Source of the DNA: Antedon mediterranea
Lineage: Eukaryota > Animalia > Echinodermata
Direction of reading: 5' to 3'
Length of the DNA: 64,000 bases
Assembly: GCF_964355755.1 (NCBI RefSeq)
Contig: NC_092671.1
Span: 1,674,001 to 1,738,000 of the forward strand
Position numbers and translations under genes: made by a program. This document shows positions 22,839 to 36,205 of this stretch, one piece after another. The notes beneath the pieces were generated by a model. The model did not search any database, was not told the origin of the DNA, and saw only the letters and a program-made list of their open reading frames with translations. Numbering within the stretch: the first letter of the stretch is position 1; each line of letters begins with the position of its first letter.

Positions 22839-25800
22839 TCGCATAACAAAAAACTATTGACTATTTTGCTTTATCTTATGAGGCATAGACTAAAAGAAAT
22901 AATAATCATTTTGATCTTTTGAAAATCATTTTATTTTAAAATTCTTCATTTACTATATTGATAAACATGCTGGTCATTTGCCTAATCATTAAAATAAGGT
23001 TTTTATTTTTAAAATGTCATTTATGTTCAGAACATTTAAATTTAACAATTTTATATTCTTTTCTTATTTTTTATGTAGGAGATTATGTTAAAAGTTTTAA
23101 AATCGATTTGTTATTTTTTCAATTTTTGGGTTTATTTCCCTAAACATTTTAAAATTAAATTTTAGTACACTATAATATATACAAGTTTTTAATTATAAGA
23201 CAAACTTATAAGTGAATTGTTAGCATCACTCAGACAGGAAGTGACATCAATAGTTATCGCAATTTAGTTTTAAAGAAAATTTTCCCAAATGTTTCATTTT
23301 CAGATTCTGTTTTCTTAATTTTACACAATTTTTTGAATAATTTGTTTAAATTCTATATTTGGAATTTTAAATTTGGCTGTTTAGCCTGTATTGTTATGGA
23401 CTGATGTTCCCTAAGTCTGTACTTTGATTTGCCAAAGTACTGACCAAAAGAATTTAAAACTTATACTGTGTTCATCTTTTTGTAAAATTTAGATTATTGT
23501 AAATATCAACGTTGCTAGCTATGTATATAAATTGTAAAAATGAATGGTAGTTTCTTAACCCCATTGTGTATAAATTGTAAAACGTATAATATTAATAAGT
23601 ACATAGTGACTGATGAGAAAAAAAATAGTTAAAAACACAAGAATCCTTATCCCAACTGGTACATTAGAAATATCTGTTATTGGAAATACTAGTTTGTGTT
23701 CTGGTGGTTATACAGTACCAGCTATTAAAAACCGCCTCCTTTGAATCTGTTAATTTGTGTTCTGTACTTAATTCTAGGCATGTCTGTCTATTCTTATGTC
23801 AGACTATTGTTCCCATTGTAAGTCTTCAGGGTTGTTCTACCTATGTCATCATCACTATGATGTCTGTTCTAATGGATTAAGGATTGTCATAATTAAGCCT
23901 TTGTTGTCCCTTTCTAAAGGGTCACAGAAACACAGTGCATTTGCTAAGTAGTAGACAATTGAACAGGACTTGCTATTCAAACATTTTAATCTTTATTTTT
24001 TAAGAAAGACTCCAAACTACCTTTAGTAATGTTTGTTAAAACCTAAATTTATCTTGTACAAATTTAATCCCAGGCTGTAGCATTGTTTCTATCTAAATTA
24101 TTTATAAATTGTAAAATGCAATCGTATTTCAGCTTTTGTGCAAAGTCGTACATACAACTGAATGACAAATTTAAAAAGTTAAAATTTGGAGCATGGAGAC
24201 AATTCCTCCTTGTTTGGACAATACCGTAGTGGTTGATATGGGTATCCAACTCTTGTTATATTGTTTGTTAAAAATGCTGCTTCCATATGTAGTTAAAATC
24301 TTAGCAGACCAGTGCTTATTAATTTTCTTAAAGTACATTTTTGAAATGGATTATACTACATAGGCAATGTTGATAATGTGAAACTTAAAATAGACAGACA
24401 TCTTGTGTAAAATAAGAATCTACACTTACAATCTAATACAAGAATAGATGCTAGTATTCTATGCTTAACTTGCAGTAAGTACAGACTTAAAGAAAAAAAT
24501 ATAGTGTGTACAGCATGGTTATCTAAAAGCAGCATTTGCTAAAACATGAATAAATATGATAGGCTGTGCTTGGATATGCTATTCCTTTTGTTTCATTATT
24601 GTGTTAAAAATTGTATGAAATGTGTTTTGTGTGCTTCATGCTTAACTTGGTTTGGCCGAGTAAATACCTACAGTACCCATAAATAGTTACCGTCCTGTGT
24701 ACCATACAGTACCGATGTCTTTGTAACCAACTGGTTGCCTTAATTCATACCAGTGCATTAGTTTCGATGTTAATTTACCCACTCCAAATTTGTTTCTGAA
24801 GTGACTTTCACAGATCGAGCATATTTTCACAATAAGAAGTTGCTTTTTAACCCGCCCTACATTGCACTATTTTGAGGTGTTGGCATGAACACGCTTAAAA
24901 TTAGCGCCATGACTTTGCTCTTGCATAAGTTTCTTTTTATTAAATTTCTTAACACCAAAAATATTTTTCGGACTTGTTTCTACAGTAGTTGAAATTGGAC
25001 TTTGCAAACTTGTGATATTGATAATACTCTGTACTTTATCAAAGTGGGTTGTTGCGCTGATCCCTATCACATTTGATACAGTCGGGTGGGGTGGGGGCCA
25101 GTTACACACTAAATTAGATAAAATGTTGTATTATCTGGTCCGGTTTATTCACATAATTAATACCCTGTGTATTAAGTGGACTGCCTGTTCGGTCTCTGAT
25201 GTAGTCATATCTTGTACATACGTCGGTCTAGTCACATAGGATTTGATGTGTGCTTATCTAATGGAGTGGCACCACTGTTTCTCTGGGTGCTTGTTTTTTT
25301 TTTTTAATTTTAATCAGCCGCTTGACACGCCGACGACGGAAGGCCAGAGTACATAGTAGTTGATGATTCAAGTATGCATACTGATAAGCAAATATCTTAA
25401 GCGCTGATACCGTTATTAGTACGCCTGTAATAATAACACACGGACTGTAATAATGGCAACCATGGAATGGGCTGCTATCTATCACAAACTCACTTGCTAC
25501 ACAACATATTTTTTTTTGGTCCATTTTGCTTTGTCAATAATGCTGGATAATGTATTCAAATTAGCCTAATTATTGCTGCTAATGCGACGATAAATACTAT
25601 GTAAGTGGATTGAAGAATATATGAAATGGTCTGTAATGTAATTTATAAAATTGTATATCGCCACATCGGAAATTTGATTGGCTAAATTTAATTCACTGCA
25701 TTCATGAGAAATACAGTTGATAAAACAAATACAGTATTAATTTTAATTGAATTCTGCTGTGTTCTACATTTGCAGTCAGAATGCATGGGAAAGTAATATT

Positions 25801-27691
25801 GTTAATTATTTCACATCAGTTGTTGATTTGACGTGAAACTAATAACTCAAAATGAAGTTCATGATCATAGCTTTATAATGTTACAACATGAATTGTATAA
25901 TCATAACGCCATCCCATAATTTGTTTTCATACACAATTTCACCATGAAGCAATATGCATGTAAATTATATTTATGTTTATACTGTGTCATATATATATAT
26001 ATACTGTTTCAACAGTGATTTGATGTTAAAATTCCAGCCTTTAGCTCCTCGAGTCAATTCATTACACACATTTTACTTTGAATGACATAGGTAATACTGT
26101 AATGTCTAAACATATTATGCTGACAAGTATACCATTTGACCTTTCACCTTGAATTTCAATGAGGTCTCGTATACCATATAAGGAAATGGAAGGCTCCATA
26201 AATGTCAGATGTGCTAGTAATGGCCCCCAGGGGAGGGCTGTTCTCAAACTACATTAGCAATCCTTTATGTTGTGTTCTGCATTAAATGTACTACATGCTG
26301 TGTACACAAATTAATTTTGAGTGTTTTATAATAGAATAATCAACAAAAACACACTTTATTTTTGGGAAAATGTTTTCATCTGGTTTTATATGTGGATTAA
26401 AAATTCTTTTTGCGACATTTGTTTCAGTGTAAAACCAGCACAAGAATATTCAGCTATCCGGATTAAATTCTTGGTTGCGATGACTTTTTTTCTCATTCCC
26501 ACTGGTTTGTGAGAGTTCTATGCCTATCAAATTTGCATATTATTTTTGTTTCTGATTTTAAATGCATATTAAAAACTGAAAGACTTAAATTATATTGGAT
26601 GAATATATTTATAATTAATTCAGTAAACCTGTTTATCATACTCGTATTAAAAGGTTCTCATTATTTTCCATTGTTTTAAAAATCAAACTGAATACAGTTT
26701 AAATATTGTATGTCTACAGAGCAAAGATGATATGTCTGTGTTCAGTTATGCCTGCATATAATATTCCTATCCTTAATTTGCGCCATAAAATTCTGTAAAT
26801 TATTCTTTATGTGATTTTGATGTGCTCAAAATGTCTTTGTCTACCAAATTGTGAAATTTAAGATTGACTTTATTTTCAACTAATGTAGGAAGCTAGAAAA
26901 CCCAAGAAATACAATTGAGATGAACTGAAGCATGACCCAATGACTGTAAATTGTCCCCTCCTATAATAGACGCCAATAGTTCTTTATCCATTAGTATGCA
27001 TTTGTTATTTTGTTCATTCGCTGTTGTACAAATCTATTCATGGCGCTTTCTTTTAGAATGAAAGCTGCAAAGGTGTTGTATTGATTGTGTAGAAAGCTTT
27101 TCATAGTTGCCACTCCAGAAGCTTCAGTTGTTATATAGCGATTTATTTTTTTGTTAACAGAATTAGTAGACTTTACAAAAGACTCATTTAGATCATCTAG
27201 AAGAATAAAATTTGATAGCAATTTAAACTATTTAATAGATTTAAACTGATCTTTAAACATAGTGTTAAACTATCTCATTCACTATTTCTGTTGTGTCCTA
27301 ATTATTCACTATTTCTACTGTATTATTATTGTCCTAATTTAGTAGCATACATACCAATACTCCTGTTTTGGCCTGGAGAATCCCATCTTTTTACTTGTCT
27401 CCAAACCTAACATTAGTATGCTCCTGGTTTTGCACATTTTCTCCCGGATTACAAAGAATTACATTTTTATGTGTGTTTTCTGCATTTAAAATATAAAAAA
27501 AAAGCAAAAATATGATATTTAAGCCATTGTACAGCCATAATTTTTTTTTATTTTTCTGAACGAAAAAAAGATTCTCCCACATAGCCATCACACAATACCA
27601 CTTGTGACGTCACACACTGCACTCCTTCCTCTCGATAATAGATAGAGGTCGCTGTTGACCTAAAACAACATGATCTCCCGTTTTCAGAATT

Positions 27692-27840
27692 AGGGGCAGA
27701 TTCAACGGCTGGGCCCCCTCTAAATTTTACAAATTGTAATGCAAAAGATAGGACATCAAATTGAGTTCAGCACTTAATTTCAGTACTTTTAGGCCCTGAG
27801 CTCAACCTCCCCTATTTCAAAATCCTGGATCCACCACTGC
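27692..27840. mobile_element. Short non-autonomous element with CAGTGGCGGATCC-like termini
   Basis: Ends TCCTGGATCCACCACTG. Reverse-complement relative at 54847-55090, with looser relatives at ~38643-38790 and ~57217-57342. Confidence 0.6.
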
Positions 27841-28330
27841 ATATGTTGCCATGTATGTACAGTAGTAGTTATCTTGCATTGTGAACTAGAAGAGGATTGC
27901 ATTGTTTTTTTTTGTATTGTTGAACATAATGATTCAAAGCTTTGTCATGGTTGGCAGTTAATTGTTCCTTTTGTTTTCCTTAATGAAGGTTTACTTATCC
28001 ATTAAGAAAAAAGAGATTATACTATGACTCCAGACATCTGCATTTTGTAGTATTAATACCATTATTAGAGTGCAAATTACACAAAAGCCATTAGTTTTCA
28101 GTTTCGAAATTCTATTATTTTTTATAGATATACTTTTAAATTTGACAAAAAATTACATTTTCAAAAATTATCTTCCTTTTCAAGATAAGATATTAAAATA
28201 ATCTAAAATACTGTATTAAGAATACTGCATGAATAATGTGTTTCACATGAATTACATGAGTAATGCTTAAACGTAGATATTTCCCGTATTTCGTGAGCAA
28301 GCAAGGTGTAAATAATATTTAGTACAGTAC

Positions 28331-28679
28331 TTAAAGATGTATGGTCCCCCAAAAACATGAAAAATGAAGAAATATGAAGATAAATCAGACTTTGAATATG
28401 CTATTTTGTAGTTTTAATAAAGTTAATCACTTCCGTAGGAAAAAAAACCATAAAAAAATAATGTTTTCACTTATAAAATGACAACATAAATGGTTAAATT
28501 CAACCAAAAACTGGCCAGCCAATTTGACCATTTTTTGCTTTAAATTACAGTTTTTTCAGTTAAATACATTTTCTTTCCATCCAATTTTTGGTCAAAGTGA
28601 ACAACTATTATGTTACATTAAAATGGAATATTCAACAAAAAATGCTTTAAAATTATTTTTTTCAGGGAACAATCTTTAA
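28331..28679. mobile_element. TTAA-flanked non-autonomous DNA element (Kolobok-like), degraded
   Basis: TTAA-AGATGTATGGTCCCC ... GGGAACAATCT-TTAA. Its internal segment recurs inverted at ~54090-54180. Confidence 0.55.
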
Positions 28680-30121
28680 ACATAGAGGAATATATACATA
28701 TTGTATCTTTTGTATATGCTTTACAGTTTACATAGTGTGAACAGATCTTTTATGTTTGCTCATTGTAATGATAACAGCCTACAATGTGCATGTGATAACA
28801 TTCAAACGCCCTGATGATTGATAACATACTTGATTAGTTTCATATTGATAAAAAATATTCCAAGTTGAAGTGGTTTATTTTGTAGCAAAGTGTTCCTAAC
28901 CACCTCCCACTAAGTATCATATTTAAACATTGAACTATTTACAGTACAGTAATATATTATTACATATACAGTGTATTATTATTTGTACAATATGAATTTA
29001 TTATCATAAGGGTCGATTTTGACTGAAATGGTCTACTGTTTGTAGGTTACGTGAGCACTTAAGCAAACTTTGAAAGTGCTGTTAATGGAGAAAAAAAACT
29101 AAACAGTGTATTTTATTCTTAATTTTGATTGACATGGGAACTGTACTATTGAATTCAGTAGCCTGGAATCATGGGATTGGTTGATGCATGGAAGGAGGAA
29201 AAATATCCGCCATGGTTGATGGATGTTTAAAAAGCGAGGGAAGTTGGTGGGGGGGGGGGGGGGTTGAGTGGAAGGCAGCTTATTTTCTTCATGGTATACT
29301 TGATATTTCAATTAGAAACCAATAAGTTGAAATACACAAAAATCTGAATATAAAAGTGTAGTAATCAGATCAAATCTTTCTAATTACATGCATTAAAAAA
29401 CATCCGCTGAAATGATGGATATTAGATGAGCCACAGATTTATTAAGAAATAATTACATAAAGAAACATGACCTGTTAGAAATTCTTAAATTCAATACTTT
29501 AATAATTATTGTTTGTTACTATAGCAACATGACATTAAGTCTCGTACAAAACACCTGTCTTGGATTTCAGTTTCTTAATGCTCTTGAATGTTTTCATTAA
29601 TGTTGTCATTAATGATACTTTTTAAATAATGTTCAAGCGTTTCTTTGGTCTAGAGATAGCCTAGCGACATATCAATGGTTAATAGTGCTACCACTGGCTA
29701 GAATTGCATTGTTCTGTATTGAGAATTGCAATTGTTGGTCCATATGTTATTACTGTAATATTAAACCATATTCTGTAATGCAATCAGAATTTCAAAATGA
29801 AATAATGTATTGTGTCTAGCTTTGCATTAAAATTGATATTTCAGCTGTAATTTTGATGGCAATTAAATAAATTTAAGTTTCTGTTTATTTAAACATTTTT
29901 TCGCCCCTAAAAATTAAAGATGAACAAGTAATGTATTAAAAGCAGTATGATGTTCATAGTTCTTGGTGATTTTTCAATGAAATGTCAGAACTTTGTACTG
30001 TACATTATAATTTTCTCCATAGCATATTTAATGTGATACAGTAGTATAAGCTTACCATTAATATCACAGTTTATATAGGCCTCCCTTACAATACATTCTA
30101 AAGATGGTACCATGTACTAAT

Positions 30122-30278
30122 GTGTGTTCCCACTAGCGAAGCAACGTAACACAATCTACGCAATGTAAGAAAATGTTCTTCTAATAATTGTTTTTGCCCC
30201 TGCCTGCGTGAAATCAAACCCACTTGTGATTATGTAATACAGCACTTTAGGTCGCGTTCTAGTGGGAACCACGCTTTA
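30122..30278. mobile_element. MITE (family 1-related, Harbinger-like TIR)
   Basis: GTTCCCACTAG ... CTAGTGGGAAC terminal inverted repeats. Confidence 0.65.
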
Positions 30279-30857
30279 GGGAATAACTAGATTGGTAATT
30301 TTTCTTGTGCTTTTGATGTTGTATGTACCTTTTTACAATTGTCAAAGCACTATGTAAATAAGGAGTAACAATTAAATAATGTGTGTCTTGCAGCGTAACT
30401 GAATTGCACACAGATTTGGACAATGAATTTTCAACAAGGTTGCATTATTGGAGTATGTTTCCATTCGTGTTTGATCCAAAAATAACCTGGGTAATAATGT
30501 GTAGAGGCTTTAATGTATGAAGCGCTATATAAGAATGACATATTATAATTATATACTATGTAATCACTTTTGTTAGGTTCATTTTCTAATATTCATTTTC
30601 TATTTATTCATGAAGGTCATCATATTCATATAATATTTATGATTGACACATCTATTGTAGAATGTGTTGCATTTAATAATATTTTATGTGTAACATTTCT
30701 CAGTAATCTTTCTTTAGATTCAACCTTCAACTTTCAGATTCGTATACAAAAAATTAAACAATGTTTTTAGATTCAAAGGCATAGATAATTTAAACTGCCT
30801 AGTGATATACTGAAAATGTATTATTTTTTAACAAAATTTGAGAGAACGAGAGAAAGT

Positions 30858-30930
30858 CACCCCATCTGAGATTCGAGCCTAGAATCATCGCCTTGATATG
30901 CAGATGTCATACCATTAAACCCACTGGGGC
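30858..30930 (-). pseudogene. Degenerate tRNA-like sequence (tRNA pseudogene or SINE head)
   Basis: Minus strand GCCCCAGTGGGTTTAATGGT (A-box-like) ... GGCTCGAATCTC (B-box-like) ... TGGGGT. About 73 nt with a paired acceptor stem but a poorly paired anticodon arm. Confidence 0.5.
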
Positions 30931-33129
30931 TGTCATAATATGATTCAAATTCCTAATGTAATTGTAGGCCTACTGTATATACTCAGTACATTTTGTGAGT
31001 CAACTTGCAAATATTACATTTATATCTCATCACCCTCTGACTTCTGTCGTCTTTTTCTATTTGACACCCTGTACGTGAAGTGTTACTTTGTGTTTCCATA
31101 GACAGATTTCTTTATTCTGAATACATTAGAAATGTTTAGGTAGAATCTATCAACTTCAATCTAGCTAGTAAACAGAAATATTACGTAGCTAATATGAGCT
31201 ATAATACTAAAAGCTCCAGCCAATAATGATCAATCAATTGTGAAATACAGAATGATGCGATAGCCAAATGAAACTGACATTAGAAAATAATCTGAAGAAA
31301 TGTTAACCATATCTATCTACTTGATGATGATGCTGGCTTATTGGCGGATCTTGTTTGGCTTTTGTGAGAGGTTCAAAATCTACTGTAGAATTTAAATATA
31401 TGTATGAATGACCTTTTATGCAAAGGATGGAGTTTTCACTGCCATAATGTAAATGTTATCATTATTTTTTTCTTACAAAGTGCTTGCGACGGTTGTTATA
31501 ATGTTTGGTTGCCATATATCTTAGGATAACCATCAGTAAAACTTTACTTTTCTTTGTGACTTTTATTTTGTAATTTTTTTCTCAAGCACACAAATACTAT
31601 AAATAGGCCTATCCTTCTATAAGCCTAACACTGATACCAAACCGAAACTGATATGTATTTTATTTATTTTTGTATATGTTTATATTACTTCTTATTAGTT
31701 TACATAACCACAGTAGAGGTTTCATATTTATACTGTACTTTTACTTTACTGTTTTTTATCATCATTATTAAGAAATGAGTTTTTTAATGAATTAAATTGT
31801 TACCTGGTAACTATGTACCTTCATAATTAGATTTGATCATGTATTAAGGCTTTTGATTTTAAGGTGTGGCAACGAATATACAATGTATTTGTAATTCTAT
31901 TAAGGTGCTACTGTCAAGGTGTTTATTCATTCTTCTTACCTACTGTTGAAAACGCCCTGTTTTTTTATTTTACTAAATACAAGGACAGGGTACTTTTGAA
32001 GTTTGGAAGAGAGAAGAAGGTTGTAGGCCTACTGTTTGCTGTCTGTATATTATTGAATATTGGTTGTAATTTACCATGTTTAATTTCTTGATGTTTTGAC
32101 GTATTTTTGCTGCCACTGAAGGCCCACTGTGACTGACTTATTTCAGAAATGTTTAATTCCTTACTTCCATCAAATTCTTGCGACCCTCTCCCACCAGCAC
32201 TTCTATGTTTGTATTTTTTTATTGTGTTGCTGATGTTAAAAAAACCTAGAAAAGTACTGGTAAAGAATGGTGATTGTTTACGTTTGTAATAACAGACTTT
32301 ACAATGATTAAATAGATGTTGAAATAAAGACAGTACAGTATATGGGAAGTATGCATTAATATGAACAACTCCCAAAAGGAAACCAGTTTGTTTATTGCCA
32401 ATCAGCTGCTAATTTATTATCTAATGATTGACAGGCTGAATTAATTGTTAATACAAATTAAACAAATTGTTATGCTTCACCAGTTGTGTCTGCTGCTATC
32501 ATGTGTACAATATAGCTCAATAACAAACAAAATAAAACATATAATTATGAGTAATTAAATATTTGATCAAAGATATATTGACCCCTTAAATAATTCCAAC
32601 TACACTACAAAAAGGCCCATTCAATGTCAGATTATTTTGTTTATAAAATATATCTTTTTGTAATGAATAATTAAATAACTAAAATCCATTTTTTTTAAAT
32701 GAAATTTGTCCTACACTCACTCACTTCACAAGACTAGATTGTAGTAAAAAACATACACACAATTTTCAATAACAAATTTAAAATTGGGTAAATCATTATA
32801 ATTTTGGTGTATATACAGTATGTGGTTCGGTAACTCATAAAAACTAACCATTGCTAAAGATAAATTTAAAATGTGTTCAATTGATTTAAATATAGGTTGT
32901 GACCTTGTTTGCATATTATTTTATTGATACTTAAATGATATTAATAGAGTTTTATGGCGTACACCAGAGACAATCTAGAGGAGAAGAACTAGGACTGGGA
33001 TGATAGGTGAACATGCAATGGTAAAGATACTGAATATTAACGATTATGCCTATATACAATTTCTTTTACTTTTTTTGCGTATATAGGTAAATTACCTATT
33101 CTTCTTAAACGCTAGTTGTCTACATCGCA

Positions 33130-33440
33130 CGTCTCACTTGTGTTTGCCACTCTGTACATATTTGAGCAAGAATGTGTATAGGTCCGCATGTGAAAATGTT
33201 TGTTTATTTTTTAATATTTACCATCCATGTTGTGATCGGTCTTCCTTGTGGTCATTTAATCTTTCACAGGGTCTCCCTAAGTGCGATTTTAGCTGGTGAT
33301 CATTTAAACGGAGCTTAATATGACCACACCATAACGGTCAATGGCGTTCATTTCACCCTCTTGTTAAAAACTTCAGTAGCAACTAAATATTCACTGGTTC
33401 TCATCTTGCCTTATATTAGTATCCTGTGACTCCAAAGTGT
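33130..33440 (-). mobile_element. Degraded RTE-like LINE C-terminal remnant
   Basis: Minus-strand translation with stops: SPAKIALRETL*KIK*PQGRPITTWM, resembling the RTE R..GRP..TW motif. Confidence 0.5.
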
Positions 33441-34961
33441 GACACTCAATCTAAACATGACAGTTTTATGATATACATTTGATACTCTGAATATATTCAT
33501 TAAATTTAATATATTTCCTGAAACAGATTATATTAAAGAAAAGACTTTTATGACTTCTTTTTTTTTAAACCACCAAGCTCCAACTTTAACTTTACTTGCT
33601 ATGTTTAAAGTCAAATGTAGTTATCATCCTTCAAAAATTGTATCCTATACATTGGAAAAATAAACTGTATATATTTATACTTTCAGAAGACTACTTTTAT
33701 GTTCACTTTAAAAAGAACGATTTTGCCGATAAGAAAATAAAATAAACGTTTGGTCTTGATGCTCTGATAAACACATTCATAAGAGAGATTATCAGAGAGA
33801 TAAATAGCTAATTAACCTTGTAGAATACAAAAATATTTTTAGCTTATTATTTTACGAAAAGTAGGTCTGGCAACTATGAAAGGAAAAGGTGTCAAATATT
33901 TCACCCTCGTTTGACCCCGAATACAGGATGGAAAGAAACAAAGCAGCGAGAGCTGTGAATCACAGAATAAACACAACGCAAGCCTTGTACAGATTATAAT
34001 ATTACAATGAATGATGAATGAATTAAGGTGCTAATGCATCTCAAGTTAGTACCTATTAAATCATTAACAGTATACAACCGTGGAAGAATAATTCCTCTAT
34101 GGTATAACATAGGTCAATATAATTAACATTTTTATCCTCTTTATTAATATTCCATTCCATGCTGCTGTGAGCAAATAACTAGTTAATACTTATGTGAATT
34201 AATTATACACTCAAAACACTCTTAAAACAGAAAAAATTTAAAATAACCATATAAATTCTATGGTTATAAACATTGGTGTTGGAATGCTACTTAACTGGTT
34301 AGCGCAAAATAAGGGTTATGTGATTGACCATGGTTGACTTTGAGTCAACTGTCGTAACATCTTGACCATTTGACTTCCTATGAACATTGCATTTTAAGTA
34401 AAGTTGACATTTTATAGTCGATGACCGCCCACTGGAATTAAAGAACTAATGTTAGTAATGTTTCATTTTCTAATAGCATTTGCATGTATCATTTTATATT
34501 TAACAAATCATTTTTTAAATAATAATTTGAATATAAATGTGCCATTTTATTTGTTTTTTCTCCATATGTGTAGGGGATTGCGAGGTATTTCAATTTTAAG
34601 TTCTAAAATCAGAAACCTCTGATCAAGCTGTGTGCTTTCTCTCGAGTTAGTTTTGTCTCCTGCTAAGAAAGAACACAAGCAAAACATAGCATGTCTGTAT
34701 TTCTGAATTCTAGGAATGTCCAATATACAGTGAAATCATTTAGTTCGCATACTGTACTTTAAAAATCTTGATGAAAACCTATTAATTATTTCCATTCAAC
34801 GATTGTTTACAAAAATTAAAAAGCCAGTAAAATATTTTTTTTTTTCATTTTAACCTTCTTTTTATTACTTTATTTTCCATTTTGTGTTAAAGTTTGCTTT
34901 CAGCTACAGTATGTGGTGGAATTTTTCATTTAGTAATTTCCATTAACTTTTTCTAATTTAT

Positions 34962-35130
34962 ATCATTAACTTTTTCTAAAGTTTTCTTACTGTACTGGTT
35001 TCAACAATTCTTCACCATATTTATGAACTTGATGATTGCTATATCTTTCCATCATTAATCTTTTCTAAAGTTTTCTTACTGTACTGGTTTCAACAACTCT
35101 TCACCATATTTATGAACTTTTCTAAAGTTT
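34962..35130. repeat. Local ~70-bp direct duplication
   Basis: TTTTCTAAAGTTTTCTTACTGTACTGGTTTCAACAAYTCTTCACCATATTTATGAACTT occurs twice. Confidence 0.85.
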
Positions 35131-36052
35131 CCTTACAACTTTGAGAACTTGGTGATTGATAAGCTAGCCACATTTTGTTATCTTTAACAACTGCAATATT
35201 AATCTTATTTCTAGCCATTTGTAGTTGGTTTAGTTCACTTGCCACATTTAATTATCACTTTCTTCAAATCTCCATTGTTGAATTAAGTTATTCTTTTCTT
35301 CATTGTTTAGTGAATAATAAAACTAAAGAATACTAGTAATGGCAAATGTAAGATGTTTCTCACAGTTGACTGTGGCAGTAAGTAGATATCTAATCGGTGT
35401 TTAAACGGCTTTTCTTGGTTACTGACATGCCTAATATTTGATATACATTCTTCTTTACAAGCATGTTGAAAATGTAAACATCCTTATTTGAACTTTTATT
35501 TCTTTCAATATTAATTCTGACCATTCACCTAACCAAGATGTACTGATTAAATTTAAAAAAAATAATAGTAAAATATATTTTCTTTGAAATAGTAAAGTAC
35601 GGTTTGTGGTACAACATCTTTTTCCAAAAAGGAAATATAAGTAAAATACAGAATATTTCGATACTTGCATGTAGCATAACTACTGAACTGTTGAAACTAT
35701 CAATCAACATTCATCATTAGTTTGTTTCCAATATCCAGGACTTTAAAATAGCAATATAAAGATATTTTCTAAGGAGTACATATTTAATTGTATACTTTAT
35801 TATGACGAAGTGAAGCTTCTACCACCTGGTCTGTGTTTAGTTTGTGACTTAACTCTCAAAATTATACAAACACCTTTCTTTTAGTATACACTTGCTAATT
35901 GCATGGAAGCTTTCTGCAGTTTTAAATAAGATTAGCATTGCCATTGTTATTGGTGTACGTATAGGCATTTTCTCACTTGTTTGTGTGTACAAACTAAAGA
36001 TAATCTAAAAAAATCAACCTATAACTACTTAAAAGAAATCCTGAATCTTAAT

Positions 36053-36205
36053 CTCTTTAGTCTACATTATCAAACTAGCTTGACAAAATAAAGTGTGATC
36101 TTCCCAAATATGGTAGTGATCTTCACAAATATGGTAGTGATATGACATCATCATGTCCATATCACATTTTTTTTCACATAGTTTGAGAATGTAGACAGAG
36201 CTTTA
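36053..36205. mobile_element. MITE family 2 copy
   Basis: TIR GTCTACAYTATCAAACTA...TAGTTTGA..TGTAGACAGAGCTT. Relatives at 38897-39050 (inverted), 44035-44174 and a minimal copy at 47350-47402. Confidence 0.75.

Noticed and set aside
30858-30930. Functional tRNA gene
   Set aside because: The anticodon stem pairs poorly and the B box is degenerate. Kept only as a tRNA-derived relic.
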